This document shows positions 38,756 through 52,231 of a stretch of DNA of 64,000 bases, one piece after another. The stretch comes from Utricularia gibba (Eukaryota > Plantae > Magnoliophyta). Every line of letters starts with the position of its first letter. Positions within the stretch are counted from its first letter, which is position 1. The notes beneath the pieces are model-generated. The model had not been told where the DNA came from, searched no databases, and worked only from the letters and a program-made list of their open reading frames with translations. The stretch covers positions 868,001-932,000 of the forward strand of contig NEEC01000014.1 in NCBI GenBank assembly GCA_002189035.1, in the 5' to 3' direction. Position numbers and translations under genes: made by a program.

Positions 38756-41700
38756 ATGTCCAGGAAAACCTCGACTGCTTTCTGCGTCCGCCTGATCTTC
38801 CTCCGCCGTATGGGCGGTGGTCCTCGGACTTTTCCGGGTGGACTCAACAAGTGGCAATGGAAAAGGATGCATGAGAAAAAGGCACGGGAGAAGGAGAAAC
38901 GTCTACTTGAACAAGAAAAGCAGATATATGAGGCACGAGTTCGGTCGCAAATACGAGCAAAGCTCGCTCCTTCTGATAATCAGGTAGCGAGACCTGAAGC
39001 CGCCGGGGGGGTGCCGCCGAATTATGGCCCTTTAACGCCTGAAGAACATATCAAGGTGCTTGCCGATCGGTTCATAAAGGAAGGAGCGGAGGATTTGTGG
39101 AATGAGCGCGATGGTACTATAGAAATGCCGCTGAATAAGCCGGAGAAGAGTCGTGTTATTGGTCAGCCCATTGATTTGCAGAAATTGATAACGAAAGGAT
39201 CTTGCTCTAATGACGATGGAGCGAGTAGCCCTGGTGAGCACTCCAGATTTAGTAAAGGGGGCACTTCAAGGAGTTACTCAACGTACTGTGGGCTCAGATC
39301 GATATTTCAAGGAAATTTTGAGGATTTGCGGTCTGGCAGTGGATTTGGTATGTGGAGAAATTGTCAAGATGGGATTTTGTTGGGGTTCCAGCATGTGCTG
39401 AAGCTACAGCATTACTCCTCCATGGCTCCTCGGAGTACAGAAAATGGTTCGAATGCCAGAGCGAGACCTCGTGGTGGGAGAAGCATTGCGTGGCCAAAGT
39501 TTCATGGCAATGAAATGGACTCATCTGATGACGATGACGATGATAGTGATGATGAGGAAGATGTGCCAGGGAATGTTTTCGGTAATAGGGCTTCATTAGG
39601 AAAGTATGACATGAAGGCAAAGAAACGAGTGCCATTAAAATTCTTGGAAGCTGAAGATGACTTGTCCCAACATGTGGAGGCCATCAGGATGGAGGTTATA
39701 CAGAGAAAGGACGTGAAAGAAGATGATCTGCAGTCCTCTGAAGAGCAATACCGTCTTAGTACAAAAAGGTTTGTAGAACGCTTGTCTGGCTATGAATCCA
39801 TTTGATATTGTTCTGTATACCCTTAGTTTGAGTTGTCTTTCCAAAATGTTTCTTTGCAGGTTTGATGAGTGTAATGTATCGCTGTTGACAGTGCGTGCTC
39901 TTACAGAGGCTGGTTACATACAAATGACTAGGATACAGGAGGAAACTTTATTAGCATTTCTCGATGGTTAGTTTTTATGATCATCTAGTTCCCCTGGATT
40001 CACATTTCTATAGGTTTTGGATGTAACACTCAAACTATGATGATGGTTACAATCTTGTCTTAACTTTTTAGGCTCGTACATTTTTTTTTCCTTATGCTTC
40101 GACTTTCTTAAATTTTTCAAAGGGAAAGATGCTATGGTGAAAGCTGGGGCCGGAAGGGGCAAGAGCATTGCATTTTTGGTAAGGTGCAGTTGTGGAATAT
40201 GAATCTGATATTGTTGCACCATGTTACCCTTTGTTTACTATTCTGCTAAATGTATACAGCTTCCTGCTATTGAAACAGTTCTAAGGGCATCAACATCAAG
40301 AAATGGTGCTAGTAAACGGATCCCCCCAATATATGTCCTCATACTTTGCCCGACAAGGGAACTTGCGAGTCAAGTAACTGCAGAAGCAAATGTGCTCCTA
40401 AAGCACTATAATGGCATAGGATTGCAGACATTAGCAGGAGGGACACGCTTCAAAGTCGATCAAAGGAGGCTAGAATCAGAGCCTTGCCATATACTTGTTG
40501 GCACACCGTGTATCTTATTGGATCACATTGAGAACAAGTCTAGCATCTCATTGCACTTAATGCAACTGCAAATGCTTATTGTTGATGAAGCAGACCGCCT
40601 TCTAGATCTGGGATTCCGAAGAGACATTGAAAAAATTCTTGACTGTTTGCCTCAACAACGCCAGTCTTTGCTTTTTTCTGCAAGAATTCCAAGGGAGGTT
40701 AGAATTTTCATTCTTTTAGTCTCATCAAAGGCTCTGGTCAAATTTTCTCATTTGATGTATGATTTAAGATCTACGTAGATGCTTGATAGGATGTGTTTAG
40801 ATTGGCTTTTCCAGCAACTTATTATACCTTTCCCTCTCATAATTATATAAGCACCAATAAGCACTTCTGACCACATCCTGGTTTTCTTCTACTTTTATTC
40901 TTTTTCAGGTCCGTCGATTATGTCAACTTGTTCTAAAAAAGGATCATACCTGTATAGATATAGTGGGCCATGGACATTTGGATGGCAATGCATTGGTATA
41001 TACACTACGTTCTTACTTTAATTCATTTATATCTTTTTATTCATCCCGCTCAATCGTTCAGGTTAAGCAATCTTATCTTATTGCACCGCAAACGGAGCTC
41101 TTTGAAATGGTATACTACATAATAAAGAAACATATGTCAGAAGTTCTAGATTACAAGGTGAAACCTATATTCTTCTGGCATGCAAACTCTCCTTTCATGC
41201 GTTCTTATAATCTAAAGAATTTTATTGCTTGAATGACTTGTCAGGTTGTTATTTTCTGTGCAACTGCGATGATGGCCTCACTTTTGCATTCTCTTTTCCA
41301 TGGACTGCGATTAAATGTTAGAGAAATCCATTCAAACAAGCCTCCCCTGGTCCGTGCTCGGATTTCTGATGAATTCAAGGCCTCCAAACAGTTGATTCTG
41401 ATAACTTCAGATGTTTCAACGAGTGGAATGAACTATCCTGATGTTACGCAAGTCATTCAGGTACGAATATCACTTAGTGCCATACTCTTCCTTGGCGATC
41501 TTACATTGTTGACTCTAAACCACTCAATCTTGTTTTCTTAGATAGTGATCATTATTGTTAAACCTTACTTTTGGGACTGTTCTTGCTACCATCAGGTAGG
41601 AATCCCCTATGATAGAGGTCAGTATATTCGAAGACTTGGGAAAACAGGACGCGAAGGGAAAGAGAGTGAAGGGATTCTTTTACTTGCACCATGGGAAGAC

Positions 41701-42147
41701 TACTTTCTGAATGATCTGAAGGGACTTCATCTTGACAAGTTACCCTCCCCAAATCCAGATCCTGATCGAAAAGCAAAGGTCAGAACTTCATATCTTAAAA
41801 GTAGCATTCTTTCAATAAAAAAAAAAAAAGCAAAGACCAAAAACTGCTTGCTTCTTGTTTGGGATGCAATCTGTAGTTTCTAAGTTAGATTGCTGCTTTC
41901 ATTAATGCGAATGTAGGTAGATGAGTCCATGAACAGAGTGGATAGGAACCTCAAGGAAGCAGCTTATCACGCGTGGCTGGGGTACTACAACACGATCTAC
42001 ACCATCTCCAGAGACAAGACATTGTTGGTGGAGTCCGCCAACGAGTTCGCTACTTCAATCGGCTTGGAAAAGCCACCGGCTTTGTATCGGAAAACTGCCC
42101 TGAAAATGGGCTTGAAAGATACCCCCGGTATTCGAGTACGAAGTTAG
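38756..42147 (+). CDS. RH48: DEAD-box RNA helicase RH48-like protein with degenerate helicase motifs
   Basis: N-terminal MGGGPRTFPGGLNKWQWKRMHEKKAREKE, LILCPTRELASQ, IVDEADRLLDLGF, C-terminal EAAYHAWLGYYN..IGLEKPPALYRKTALKMGL; all introns traced are in frame. Confidence 0.92.
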
Positions 42148-43069
42148 GCAGCCCTCTGGTCTGTTCAGTGGAACAGGTACGAGTTTTGTATTTCTTTCAT
42201 TAGTTGCAACCACACAAATGGTTGCATTTCTGTACATAAACCATGAACAGAGACCTGCGCTTCACCAAAAGTCTCTGATGGCTTCTTGTAACTTTTTAAA
42301 AGTTAGAATTTGATCTCGTCTGAGAAATGGTGGTTAGTGTTTCCATTAAAGATGGAGACCCCTGGCCCCAAGAAGGCTCCTCACTTTCCACGGCACGTTT
42401 AAAGTATGCCCGAGTCCCTGTTGGTGAAGGCGTGCAAGCTTTGATTCAAGCAGCATGCTGATGCTGACGCCTCGAGCTCTTGTCTTCTTCCATCAGTGCA
42501 GGCTACTGTTCTCTTTGTCCTTCATCAGATGAGCTCTAGATGGGGAACAAACCCCTTCAAACGACAGTGCCCCGCAACACACTTAATCTGCCTTTTCTGA
42601 AGCATTAGCAGGCAATCAAGCAGTCATATCACCCTAACTAACTGGCCAAGGTTCAACGCTAGCAGACACTGAAGTGCTTCAGAATCACACAGTTACATGT
42701 AGCTAACTAAGCTAGCAGACGAAGATTCTGAAGACCAGTCATTTAAAAATTGTTCTTCTTCATGGGTCGATCGGGATTGGAAAAGAGACCCCTTTTTGTG
42801 GATCCCGGTCGGAAAGGGATAGGATCTGAGTTGGGGTGGACGACGCTACTTCATTCTGACAGCAAACGAGGAGAACTGGAACTGGGAGTGGGCAATCCCG
42901 TAATTTGAGCAGGTGCTGCTGCTCCTGCATAAAGTGGGACTCTGTCTGTGCTGTGCGTCATCATTATTTCCAATTCCCCAAAACCCCACTCGCCATTTAC
43001 TTCTCTTCCTCGACGCCTCTCCCCAGCAACCCGAGTCCTTACCTACAACATTACATGCTTTTGTCGAGT

Positions 43070-43314
43070 ATGAAAGTATACCGACGACTCCTCCTCCTCC
43101 CCACTGTATTCCTCCTCCTCCTGCTGCTCTTCCTCTCCATTTCCCTCTCGAATCGCCTCGTCCCGAAGACGCGTTCCGGCCTGATCCGGTTCCCCTCCCC
43201 CCAGACTCCTCTCCCTCTCCGGCGAGACCCAGAGCCCCCGCCGCCGCTCCGGAGTTCAGATTCAGAGTCTCCCACAGAAGAACTCCCGCCGGCCCCAATC
43301 CACTCCATAACTGA
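43070..43314 (+). CDS. CLE: CLE (CLAVATA3/ESR-related) peptide precursor split by a 1-bp frameshift
   Basis: ATG at 43070 opens the signal peptide MKVYRRLLLLPTVFLLLLLLFLSISLS; the adjacent frame ends VSH-RRTPAGPNPLHN-TGA (43312-43314), a 12-aa CLE box. 245 nt plus one base gives 82 codons. Confidence 0.85.
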
Positions 43315-44427
43315 TACCTCAATCCCGTTCTTCAGGTTTGCATTTACGTTCCACCAACAATCACTATTCTCATTCAGGACAACAGTTTGCTTCTCTCTTG
43401 ATCATACATATCTTCTCATTCTTGTTATTACATACCTGTTACCCTCTTGCAATGAATAAATACCATAATCAATTTTCAATTTTTTTTTTTGAAAAATATA
43501 ATCAAACACACCCAACATGAATTTAGTGAAAAAACTTTGGTTGTTGTGACTTTAAATGCAAATTCATGAAATATGGCAGAATTCAATTTTTATTTTCATT
43601 TTTTAAATTCAAATTTTAAAAATATTTTTATTTCAGAATAAAAAACAATCCGAGGAGCAATAATTTAGTCGGAGAAGTGGACATGGAACCCGCTTCATCA
43701 ATCATACAATCTCGTGAAGTTACGTGTCGGGATCAGAATTTAGAAGATAATGATTTAACATACGCGACATTCTTTTATATCCAAAGTTTATTAATTCATG
43801 TCACAAAAAGCCATATTTTTTTCTGTTTACCAAAAATAGAAATTCAATATCTACAATTTATTAAGAATTTAGAAATTTATGTTATTTTTAAGATAAAAAT
43901 CTTTCGTATTTAATAATAAAATATTTTTTTAAAATTTATTTTTAAAATAACATGATTAGTGTGTATAGTTGACCATTCTTTCAATTGTACATGGATTATT
44001 CAAGAATAATATTACCATTAATATTAAAAAATGATATCATTATCAATCATATGTAGATATTATTTAGTAGAGAATATAAAAAATTGAATGAATGTGAAAA
44101 AAATGAATCTATATGCCCTTCCGAAAAAAATGAATCTTTTTTCGAAATTGGAATGTATAATATCACACCGACCATTTTTAATTTGAATTTAAAATATAAA
44201 TAAATTTGAAATTATACCCGTAATACCTAATTTACCACTATTAATTTTAATCATAAGCTTGAATTGTTATTGAAAAAATTAGATAATTTGAATAAAATTT
44301 TATTTATCTTAGGATAAGAAAGATAAATTGATAATGATTAAAAATAAATTAATTTAATTCTTAAAAAATAAGCAGATATAAAATGGTTGTCCGATCCTTT
44401 TCTTTTCTTGGTACCTGTCGTGGTCAT

Positions 44428-47400
44428 TCATGGCCGGAAACCGGGGACCTGGTCCGCGGATGTGTTGAGCGCCTGAAAGAGGGTTCGATCGAGGAGGGTT
44501 CGATAGGGATCTTCTGTCCTCTTCCTCAGCAAGAACGCCATGTTCGCCTCCACCTGGGATTTTACATTCAGGTACAGCTCTCGCGCCTTCTCCTTGTCGT
44601 TCACTCCGTCCAGGAGTCCTCTTGTGTCGATTGCCTTACCGAAGTAGTAGTAGAGGCGGCCGGGAATCTTGGGGAGGAGAAGAGGGACGTGGACGCGCTG
44701 ATTCGCCACCTCTCCGCTCATTCCAGCCCTAGGAGGAGGACGCAATTTCATCGCATTCTTTTGCTTGCCGGCGACGGGTTAAGAGGGAAATGAGGTACCT
44801 ACCTGATGTTGGATACGGTTCCGTCGTTCAACTTCCTGATTTCGTCGCTCAGAATTGGGATTTTCATCAGGTCGTCGTAGTCCAGTGCCATCTGTGAACG
44901 ATGAAAAGGTGAGAACTTGGGGCTGGCCTCATGGCAAATTTGTGTAGTTTCGAGGATTTTGAAGGTCTTTCAGTGTTTGAAAACACTGAAAACTGTGTAG
45001 GAGAGGCTACCTCTGCTATGTCATCTTCTCCGACGGCTCCAAAGGGTACAATCTTGGCTCCAAATCTTGCGGCCATACGGACGAACTCCGGCTGTTCCGG
45101 CCAGAACAGCTTATACTCTTCACCCTGACAAAGAAGAGTGGGTGCTTCTGGGCATGCCATCGCTTTTGTTAAGATCAGATAAGGGAATGGAGACGGCAAC
45201 TCGTACCTTTCTGTGGCATGCCTCACGAGCACCGCCGGGGTAGAGCAGGACGTGCGATCCCGCTTCGAGCAGTTTGAAAAGATTGGTTGGAGTCGCCGGC
45301 ACGCCGCCGAAGAGTCTGATGTTGTCCAAAAATGTGACACTTGACATCACTGAAGACTCTTGGTTTCCATCGTCAAGACCAGTGAAGAGGGAAGGATGAG
45401 CCATGCCACGAACCATGATCTTCTTCTGCTTCAGAAATTCTGCGAGCAGTGGAATGATTTCTAGGCCGAGAAGCATGTGGTAACCTACGAGCAAAACCGG
45501 CCCCTCCGTCGGAACACCTTCCAGCCCTCTCACTATGCTTCCATCTTCAGTAGTAGAATACATCACTGGAGATGTGATGCGTTGAAACCATTGATATCTG
45601 GATTCAGGATACACATCCCAGACATTGTTACAGACACAACCGAAAAAACTGTCACATGCTTTGCTCTATGCAAGAATTCAAAAGTACCAGCATTTGCCTT
45701 CAAAATGACAGAGATTGGCAGGTCTTATCCAAATGGAAGCACAAGATGCAAGCAAGGAAATTCTGGAAGTTCAAGGACACAGAACGGCAAGGAAATTTAC
45801 CCGATTCTGTCCTGCTTAAATTCAGACAGACTGGGAGGTATGAAATCATGGACATAATCTCGTTTCCTTGAACGGCGGTAGAAGGAAGTGCTTTTGATGA
45901 CACTCAATAGATTAACACCATCCTCCTGCGTCATCCAAAGCCGGCTCTAAATCGAAAATGAGGTACAAGCTGACTACTCCGAAATAACAGAGTCACATCT
46001 TACCAATAGAATGGCATGGCCATTGTCTTTGAAATACCGTACATTGCAATTCTTTAATGACCTGAGAAGCCTCCAAGCTTCTTCACCACTGGGAAGCATC
46101 CTATCCTTGCCACTGCAGCAACAGAAAATATTTCCATGGAAGATGAAGAATTGTTTTTTTTTCTTTTTTCAGGAAGAGAAGTCATACTTTCCTAAGGAAG
46201 AGCAAGCAAGCAAATGAAATGGACCACAGACAGGAAATGTTGAATGATCTTTAACTCTAGTAGAAAATGGGACTAGATGAAAGATAGATATGCAGCAACC
46301 TTGCAAGAACAAGGACTTCTGCAGTAATGGATCGAAGACGAGAATTAGCATATGCTGAACCAGTTTTGAGCAGCTTCAGTTTCCAATCAAGGTTTTCTTT
46401 GGGTATGAGATCAGCCATGATCTGCCACATTCATGAGAAATTAGCAAGTGAGAATAATGTATACATACACTTTTCAGTTTTCGTAGATTTTCTTTTTATT
46501 GCATTGTGTCCGTGAATGTTTTCAACTTAAACATCAGAACGCCGAGCAGGACTGATATGTCCCTGAAATGGGAAAAAAAAAAGAAAATGAAAGAATTTGC
46601 TTACAGAAAGCCTAGGAACTAGGGATGCAAGATTTGTGGCAAACTCTTCAAAATAGCTTGTAGGCATTACCGATTCGATACCTACTGCAGCCATTTTTAT
46701 GGGATCGCCTGGTTTTGTAGGAGAGTAGCAGTGTTTATAAGATAAGTTGAAGTTAACAAGCTATAACCATTGTATTCATCACACTGTATGCGTACCCATA
46801 ACCAAGGACAGCAAATAAGGAACAGATACATGTAGCTCCTCAGGAATGGACACCAACAGAGGGAGCAGGGGCTGCAGCTCTGACCTGCCAAATGAAGTTG
46901 CTGAAAGAATAAATGACAAGTCAAATTCCAACTCCACGAATTTGGGCATAGCATGAAACTCCAAAGATAACTTGAATACTGTATGGAATTATACTGTTTT
47001 TGAAGGACCTGGATTAGATAATATCACTACAAGGTCAATATCAGGATTTCTCGCTGCTACTGCTAGAGCCAGGCATCCACCAAAAGAATCTCCGACAAGA
47101 TAGATCGGCTTATTTGGGGATAATTTGTGCTGAGCAAGCACAGTTTCTTCAACTAAGCTCACCAAACCTGCAGAAAGAATCCACTTCTCCATAAAAGCTA
47201 GAGCATCACTACAAAACTGTTGGAACTTTCACCAGTATTTCACAAAAATTCAGTTATAACAATAATGAGCAGCATAAAGCCCAAACCTGAAAATGAGGTT
47301 CGGTCTTTCAGCGGGATATGCAAGCACCAAACATCAAAGACCCTAAAACAAGGACCAAGCTTCTGAAACACGAAAAAATGCCAAATTTGATTCAAGTAGC

Positions 47401-47993
47401 AAGGCTAGCTTCATCTCATTAGAACTTACTTTCCCATAGACTTATGATGCAAAATAAGACCTAGTCCAACACCATCAAGACCTGCAAAAGGTATCAAAGT
47501 ATACGAAAATGTACTTAAACATCATGAAATGAACCAAAGTAAAAAAAAAAAAAAAAAAAACATATGAGCAGTAGAAAAGTGCAACAAGTACCCGCCATGA
47601 AGAGCAGAACAGGGAATCCTTCAAATGAGGGCCGCAAGCGATTGGTGTGAACCATCGAGGCGGCCCATTGTCATGTTTAATCAAATCGGCCGCATAATCA
47701 AAAAAATCCCTCACAGTAGTGTCACCATAGCCATCATCCCACAAAGGTTCCAACTTTTCCACTTTCTTGGTCCTCCTTTCAACTTTGACACTTACATGCT
47801 CTTCCCCAGACTTTTCTGTCGCATCCTTTGTAAGAGAAGAAACTCCACGGGTTGCTTCATTTACTCTCAAATGATCATCTGAAGCTGTGTCCCTGACAGA
47901 ACACTTTATTGAAATCCTAGACTGAGCCCTTTTCTCTGATTTCAAAACCATACAAGGAGGCCATAGCGTGTTGGGAGTTAGACCTGAAGCCAT
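44428..47993 (-). CDS. PES1: Phytyl ester synthase / esterase-lipase-thioesterase acyltransferase (PES1-like), plastid-targeted
   Basis: Transit-peptide-like N-terminus; LEPLWDDGYG..GPPRWFTP; hydrolase motif VGDSFGGCLALAVAARNP; acyltransferase domain GPVLLVGYHMLLGLE, LLYPGGAREA, LFWPEQPEFVRMAARFGAKIVPFG, PGRLYYYFGK. 1-bp frameshift at the end of exon 1. Confidence 0.92.
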
Positions 47994-49282
47994 GGAACAG
48001 ATCCTGAGGCTTCGCTACAGACAGAAGGACCTTGGGGGTTCGCCTCCTGGTATCTCTCGTTTTAAGCACAGCTTTGATGTTTGAAGTAAACAAAAAAAAA
48101 ACGAAGAAAAAAGTGGGAGGGCTACGAAGTGAGTCAAAGTCTCCAATCAAACTAATACAAGGTGTTACGTTACGAGTTCAACTAGCGGTGGCCCCCTAAA
48201 GCACTCAACATTGCTTTCGTATGCTGTTTGCGTGTGAGTAAAAGCTAAAAACATTGCTTCTTTCTATGAAGCCAATTGGAATAAAAATTGCATCTTTCTG
48301 TGAAGTCTTAAACTTAAGGCAGCAATGGAAATTGGTGAACAAGTCTGAACTCTAGAAGAAAGAAGATGAGTTGTCAACCCATCGAATACCCGCAATTGGA
48401 GAAGCAGATATCAATCGATACAAAAGTAGTCTAATCTCCTTCCCTCAGCACACTTTGTCCAGCATGTGCTACTTACCTACCAAATGGGAGGTAGCTAGAG
48501 CGACATGAAGCGTAATTTTCTACCGCTTCATCTTTCCTGAAAAAAAAAAAAAAACTTTATACGACAGAGTGACGTTTGCTTTCAATCCACAACTCCAAAA
48601 TTGAAGAAACAATCCGATCTTTTGTTTTCCAAAAAAAAAAAGTCCATTTTCGCAACTTTTCGTAACAGGCTGCAATTTCGTATATTCATTACTCACCCCA
48701 GATGTAACCTAGATTGGCATTTCAATGGTCGCGCGCTTCGATTCATGAATTCTACTTGCAGTGGGAGATGCGATGTTGGTTTGCTGGCTTCGCAGTTGAC
48801 ATTGTAAAGGGGTATGTAATTGATGGAAGAAACCATCGAAGTTAGAAGCTTCTACTTACTGGGCTGCTGTTTTTGTCTCATTAAACCATCCACGACGCAG
48901 TACACGTCTGTTGAGGTTGATGATGATCTACCGTCTTCAGGGTCATAAAGAAGAGTTGCCATAGTTTGAACCAATCTTTACCAAGATCATCTTTTTAGAA
49001 ATTCCCATTCTTCGAATTCCTAATAAGCGTGGGAATTGCTTCCTCATCCGGTTAGTCGTGAAGTGCAATGGAGTTGTTCATGACGACGATGACCGTCGGG
49101 CTTGGTACTTATGGATTTGAGGGCGTCGCAAGCTTTCGGGGTACCCAAGATTTAGTCTTTGTGTGGTTACACAACGGGACACTTCAGACAAAAAGACAAC
49201 GTTAGCTATTACTTCTCATCTTCACTAATCATAAGATACACTTGTGACTGGAGACAGTGACTAACTTAGTAGCAAGTTCCTT

Positions 49283-52231
49283 CTACTGGCATCTGCGCCA
49301 ATGGCTGCTGATGGGCATTCCTAACCTGTCCAAAAGACCAGACCCAGGATAGTCTCTGTTATCAAATGTCTCCAATCCTGTCTGCATCATCGGCCCAGAA
49401 TCACCGTAAACATTATACCTCTTCGTGGAAGAGTATGATCTCTCCAGCGGTTGATACCTCAGCTTAGGGACACTGAGAGACCTCACTTTGGCCTTTGATG
49501 ATTCTGTGTAAGCCATATAGTTTGGATGCACCAGATAACCACTCTGGTAGCAGCTGCTGGTTCCATCGCTCCTTGTTGGGGTGTACATTCCCTTCCTGGA
49601 GCTCTTACCCCTCGACGAATAGAACGTGGGACTGAGAGTATCTTCATCATAGTCATCGGCGTAATGAGCGTACTCGAAATGGCCAAGAGATTGAACTTCA
49701 ACAGATGATGGACTCATCATGGTGTCTTTGGACATTGAGAAGCTCTTGCATTTTCTGTCTCTGCGCGTGCTGTTGTAGTAAGATGGATAGTTGAATCTCC
49801 TACTCTTGAGCATCGTTTTCGGAATTCCACTGTCCACTTCTAGAATCTTGATGTTTCTTTCATCATCTCTTAGAATGCGTGCTCTCTCTGCATCGTAGTA
49901 CTCACTTTCTGTTAAGAACGAGCCAGTTTTCTGCATTGCAGGCAAAAGGGGTGAATCACAGTGACAAAGAAGGATCAAGTATTCGCGACAGAGGAGAAGA
50001 CAAAATGAAACCTTGACACACAATGGCTCTCCATATTTCATACTCCTTGCTCTGTAGTCGTATTTCTCAGGAGTTACAGGCCCCTGCCAACACAATTGCA
50101 CAAGGCAGTCAAATTAAGCTCCATCCCTCATTGGATTAGTCATGGAGAGTAATACAATACAACATAATACACGGAAAAATATGTTTTTCAGTCGTACCAA
50201 ATGTCTGAGATATGAAGAATTCTTAATACCCAACTCAGAGCTGAAGGCTCTACAGTCACAGGCTTTTGCTTGCACTCTTACAAGTGTCTGCAGCCGCTGC
50301 AGAAACTGCGCAGTCTGTTTTCTCACAAGGTAGCCTCTAACCAGTGCTTGAATCTTCACTAGCCCTTTAAGTGCACGTAGTGCTCTCCTCGACTACAGAC
50401 ACAGTTTAAAAAAATCAACTTTTGTGTTTGTACAAGGAAAACAGTACGAGACACAACTTTAATACACTGTCAAAGAGAACAAGCTCAAAAACAAACATCA
50501 TTAAGAAGCAGCATTAATGACTCGATGAATCAGACAGACGATCCCTGCAACCAATGAAGAGTTGGAGGTTTTGTGATTAGACTCCCAAGGAAAGGGCTGC
50601 CCCCTCATAAAATCTAACTGCTTATCAATTATTAGCAAAGCGCAGAGGACAGAATCTGGTTTTATGAAGAGTTTCAATTTTTTTTTCAAATGAAAGCAGG
50701 CGTTCGATGAAAAGTGAGGAGTTTTGAAGTTTGTGATTTTCTACTCAAGTAAAAAGTGGGAGTGTGCAGGAAAGAGAGAGACATGCTATCCAGCTTTGTG
50801 TTCCTATGGAGCAGAAAAAAGCACCTCAGAGTAAAAAAAAATAAAACTTACCAGTTCATCTACCGACTTTCACGGTAAAGAAATGTGAAGTCAAGAAAAC
50901 AGTGGAGTGAAAATGATAATTACAGCGGTGTGAAAAAAACTTGGCTGTCAAAGGTGAAACACATCTACCCAAGAGTCCAAGTCCCATATATAAAGCAAAT
51001 ACACAAGGGATCACAGAGTTGGCAGGTCTCACTAGAAGAATCCCAAGTTTTTTCACAAGTTTCATAAGTGGATCACAAAACATCTCTTTCAAATGCCTCT
51101 ACAAAGTCAACAAGCTCAACTTTTACTTCACATCTAGCAGTACATGTGAAAATTACAGCTGAAACTTTACCTACAGTTTTTGTATCCTGTGGTTGTACAT
51201 ACAAATGAGCTCCAAAACAGCACTCCCATTCCCCTCATGGTACATCAAAGCAAATGATCCGTATTCACCCCACCAAAAAAAAAAACTTGATTTTGACCGT
51301 ACAGAGCTTTTTACCCCACCCACTAAAATTTACGATTATTCGTTTTGACTGCTTAAAAGCTACACTAACCCACCGGACCCTTATTAAAATGCAAGTCGGC
51401 ATCTCATTAACGCACAGTATCTTTTTAGCTCAACTTTTTTTTACCCAAACAGCAGTAAAACCCACCAACCGTTGCTTTTCTTTTACCTCATCCACCGTGA
51501 TTTTTTCACTCAGATTAAACAAAAAGAAGAAAAAATCTTTCCTTTAGTTAATATTCCCCTGATCTTCCTCAGCATTCCTAGTAAGACATCTAAACATACC
51601 AGATCCCATAAAATATTTGCAAATATGCGTTTTAAATTAATATTAATTTCCAATTGATGGCAGAAAAAAAGAAATACAGTTTCCTGCAAAGAATCTCTGA
51701 AAACCCATTTCACACACAATCCAGAGCCTCAACTCCCATCACGCAGTCCAGAGAAATCACATGGAAATACTGGAAAGTCGAAGGGAGTCGTTAAAGTTTT
51801 ATTTTTTTCAACTGACACGAATTTCTGTCAGCATCAAACAATGTGCAAAGAAAGAGAGAAAAATGAAAAATGATACTGGAAACTAACCAAGTAACCGCGA
51901 AATTGCGACTGAATCATAACCGCCGCTGCCCATTCCTTCCGCATAGCGACGGAGGGGGAGGAGGTAATAGCATTCGTATTACTATTACTATTCGCATCAA
52001 CCTTCCCAGGGGCCGTGAGTTTCACCACTGCCGCAGCCGCGTGGCGGCGGCGACTGCGGCTTCCGCCGCTGCGGCGGTTGCAGCAGCGACGGCGATGGCT
52101 CGTCTTCTGGCTTCTTCTTCTTCCTCTTCTTCTTCAAATCCCGATTTCGAGTGGCCTTTCTCCTTTCGGCTGCATTTCTTTTTCGTTTTGATGCCGAAAA
52201 GGCCTTTCAGCCATCTCGCAGCTACACCCAT
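49283..52231 (-). CDS. IQD: IQ67-domain (IQD) calmodulin-binding protein, IQD22/23/24-like, with DUF4005
   Basis: [31 protein letters not shown] motifs [66 protein letters not shown]. 1-bp frameshift at about 52043. Confidence 0.92.

Noticed and set aside
43049-43080. LHAFVEYES peptide resembling the LARP6 RRM
   Set aside because: Isolated 9-aa match with no flanking La-motif similarity; it overlaps the CLE start codon in another frame.
42846-43322. Gly/Arg-rich minus-strand ORFs (158 aa and 85 aa)
   Set aside because: Antisense shadows of the CT- and C-rich CLE gene; no family motif.
43560-44380. AT-rich segment as a Helitron or MITE remnant
   Set aside because: No diagnostic termini or internal repeat found.
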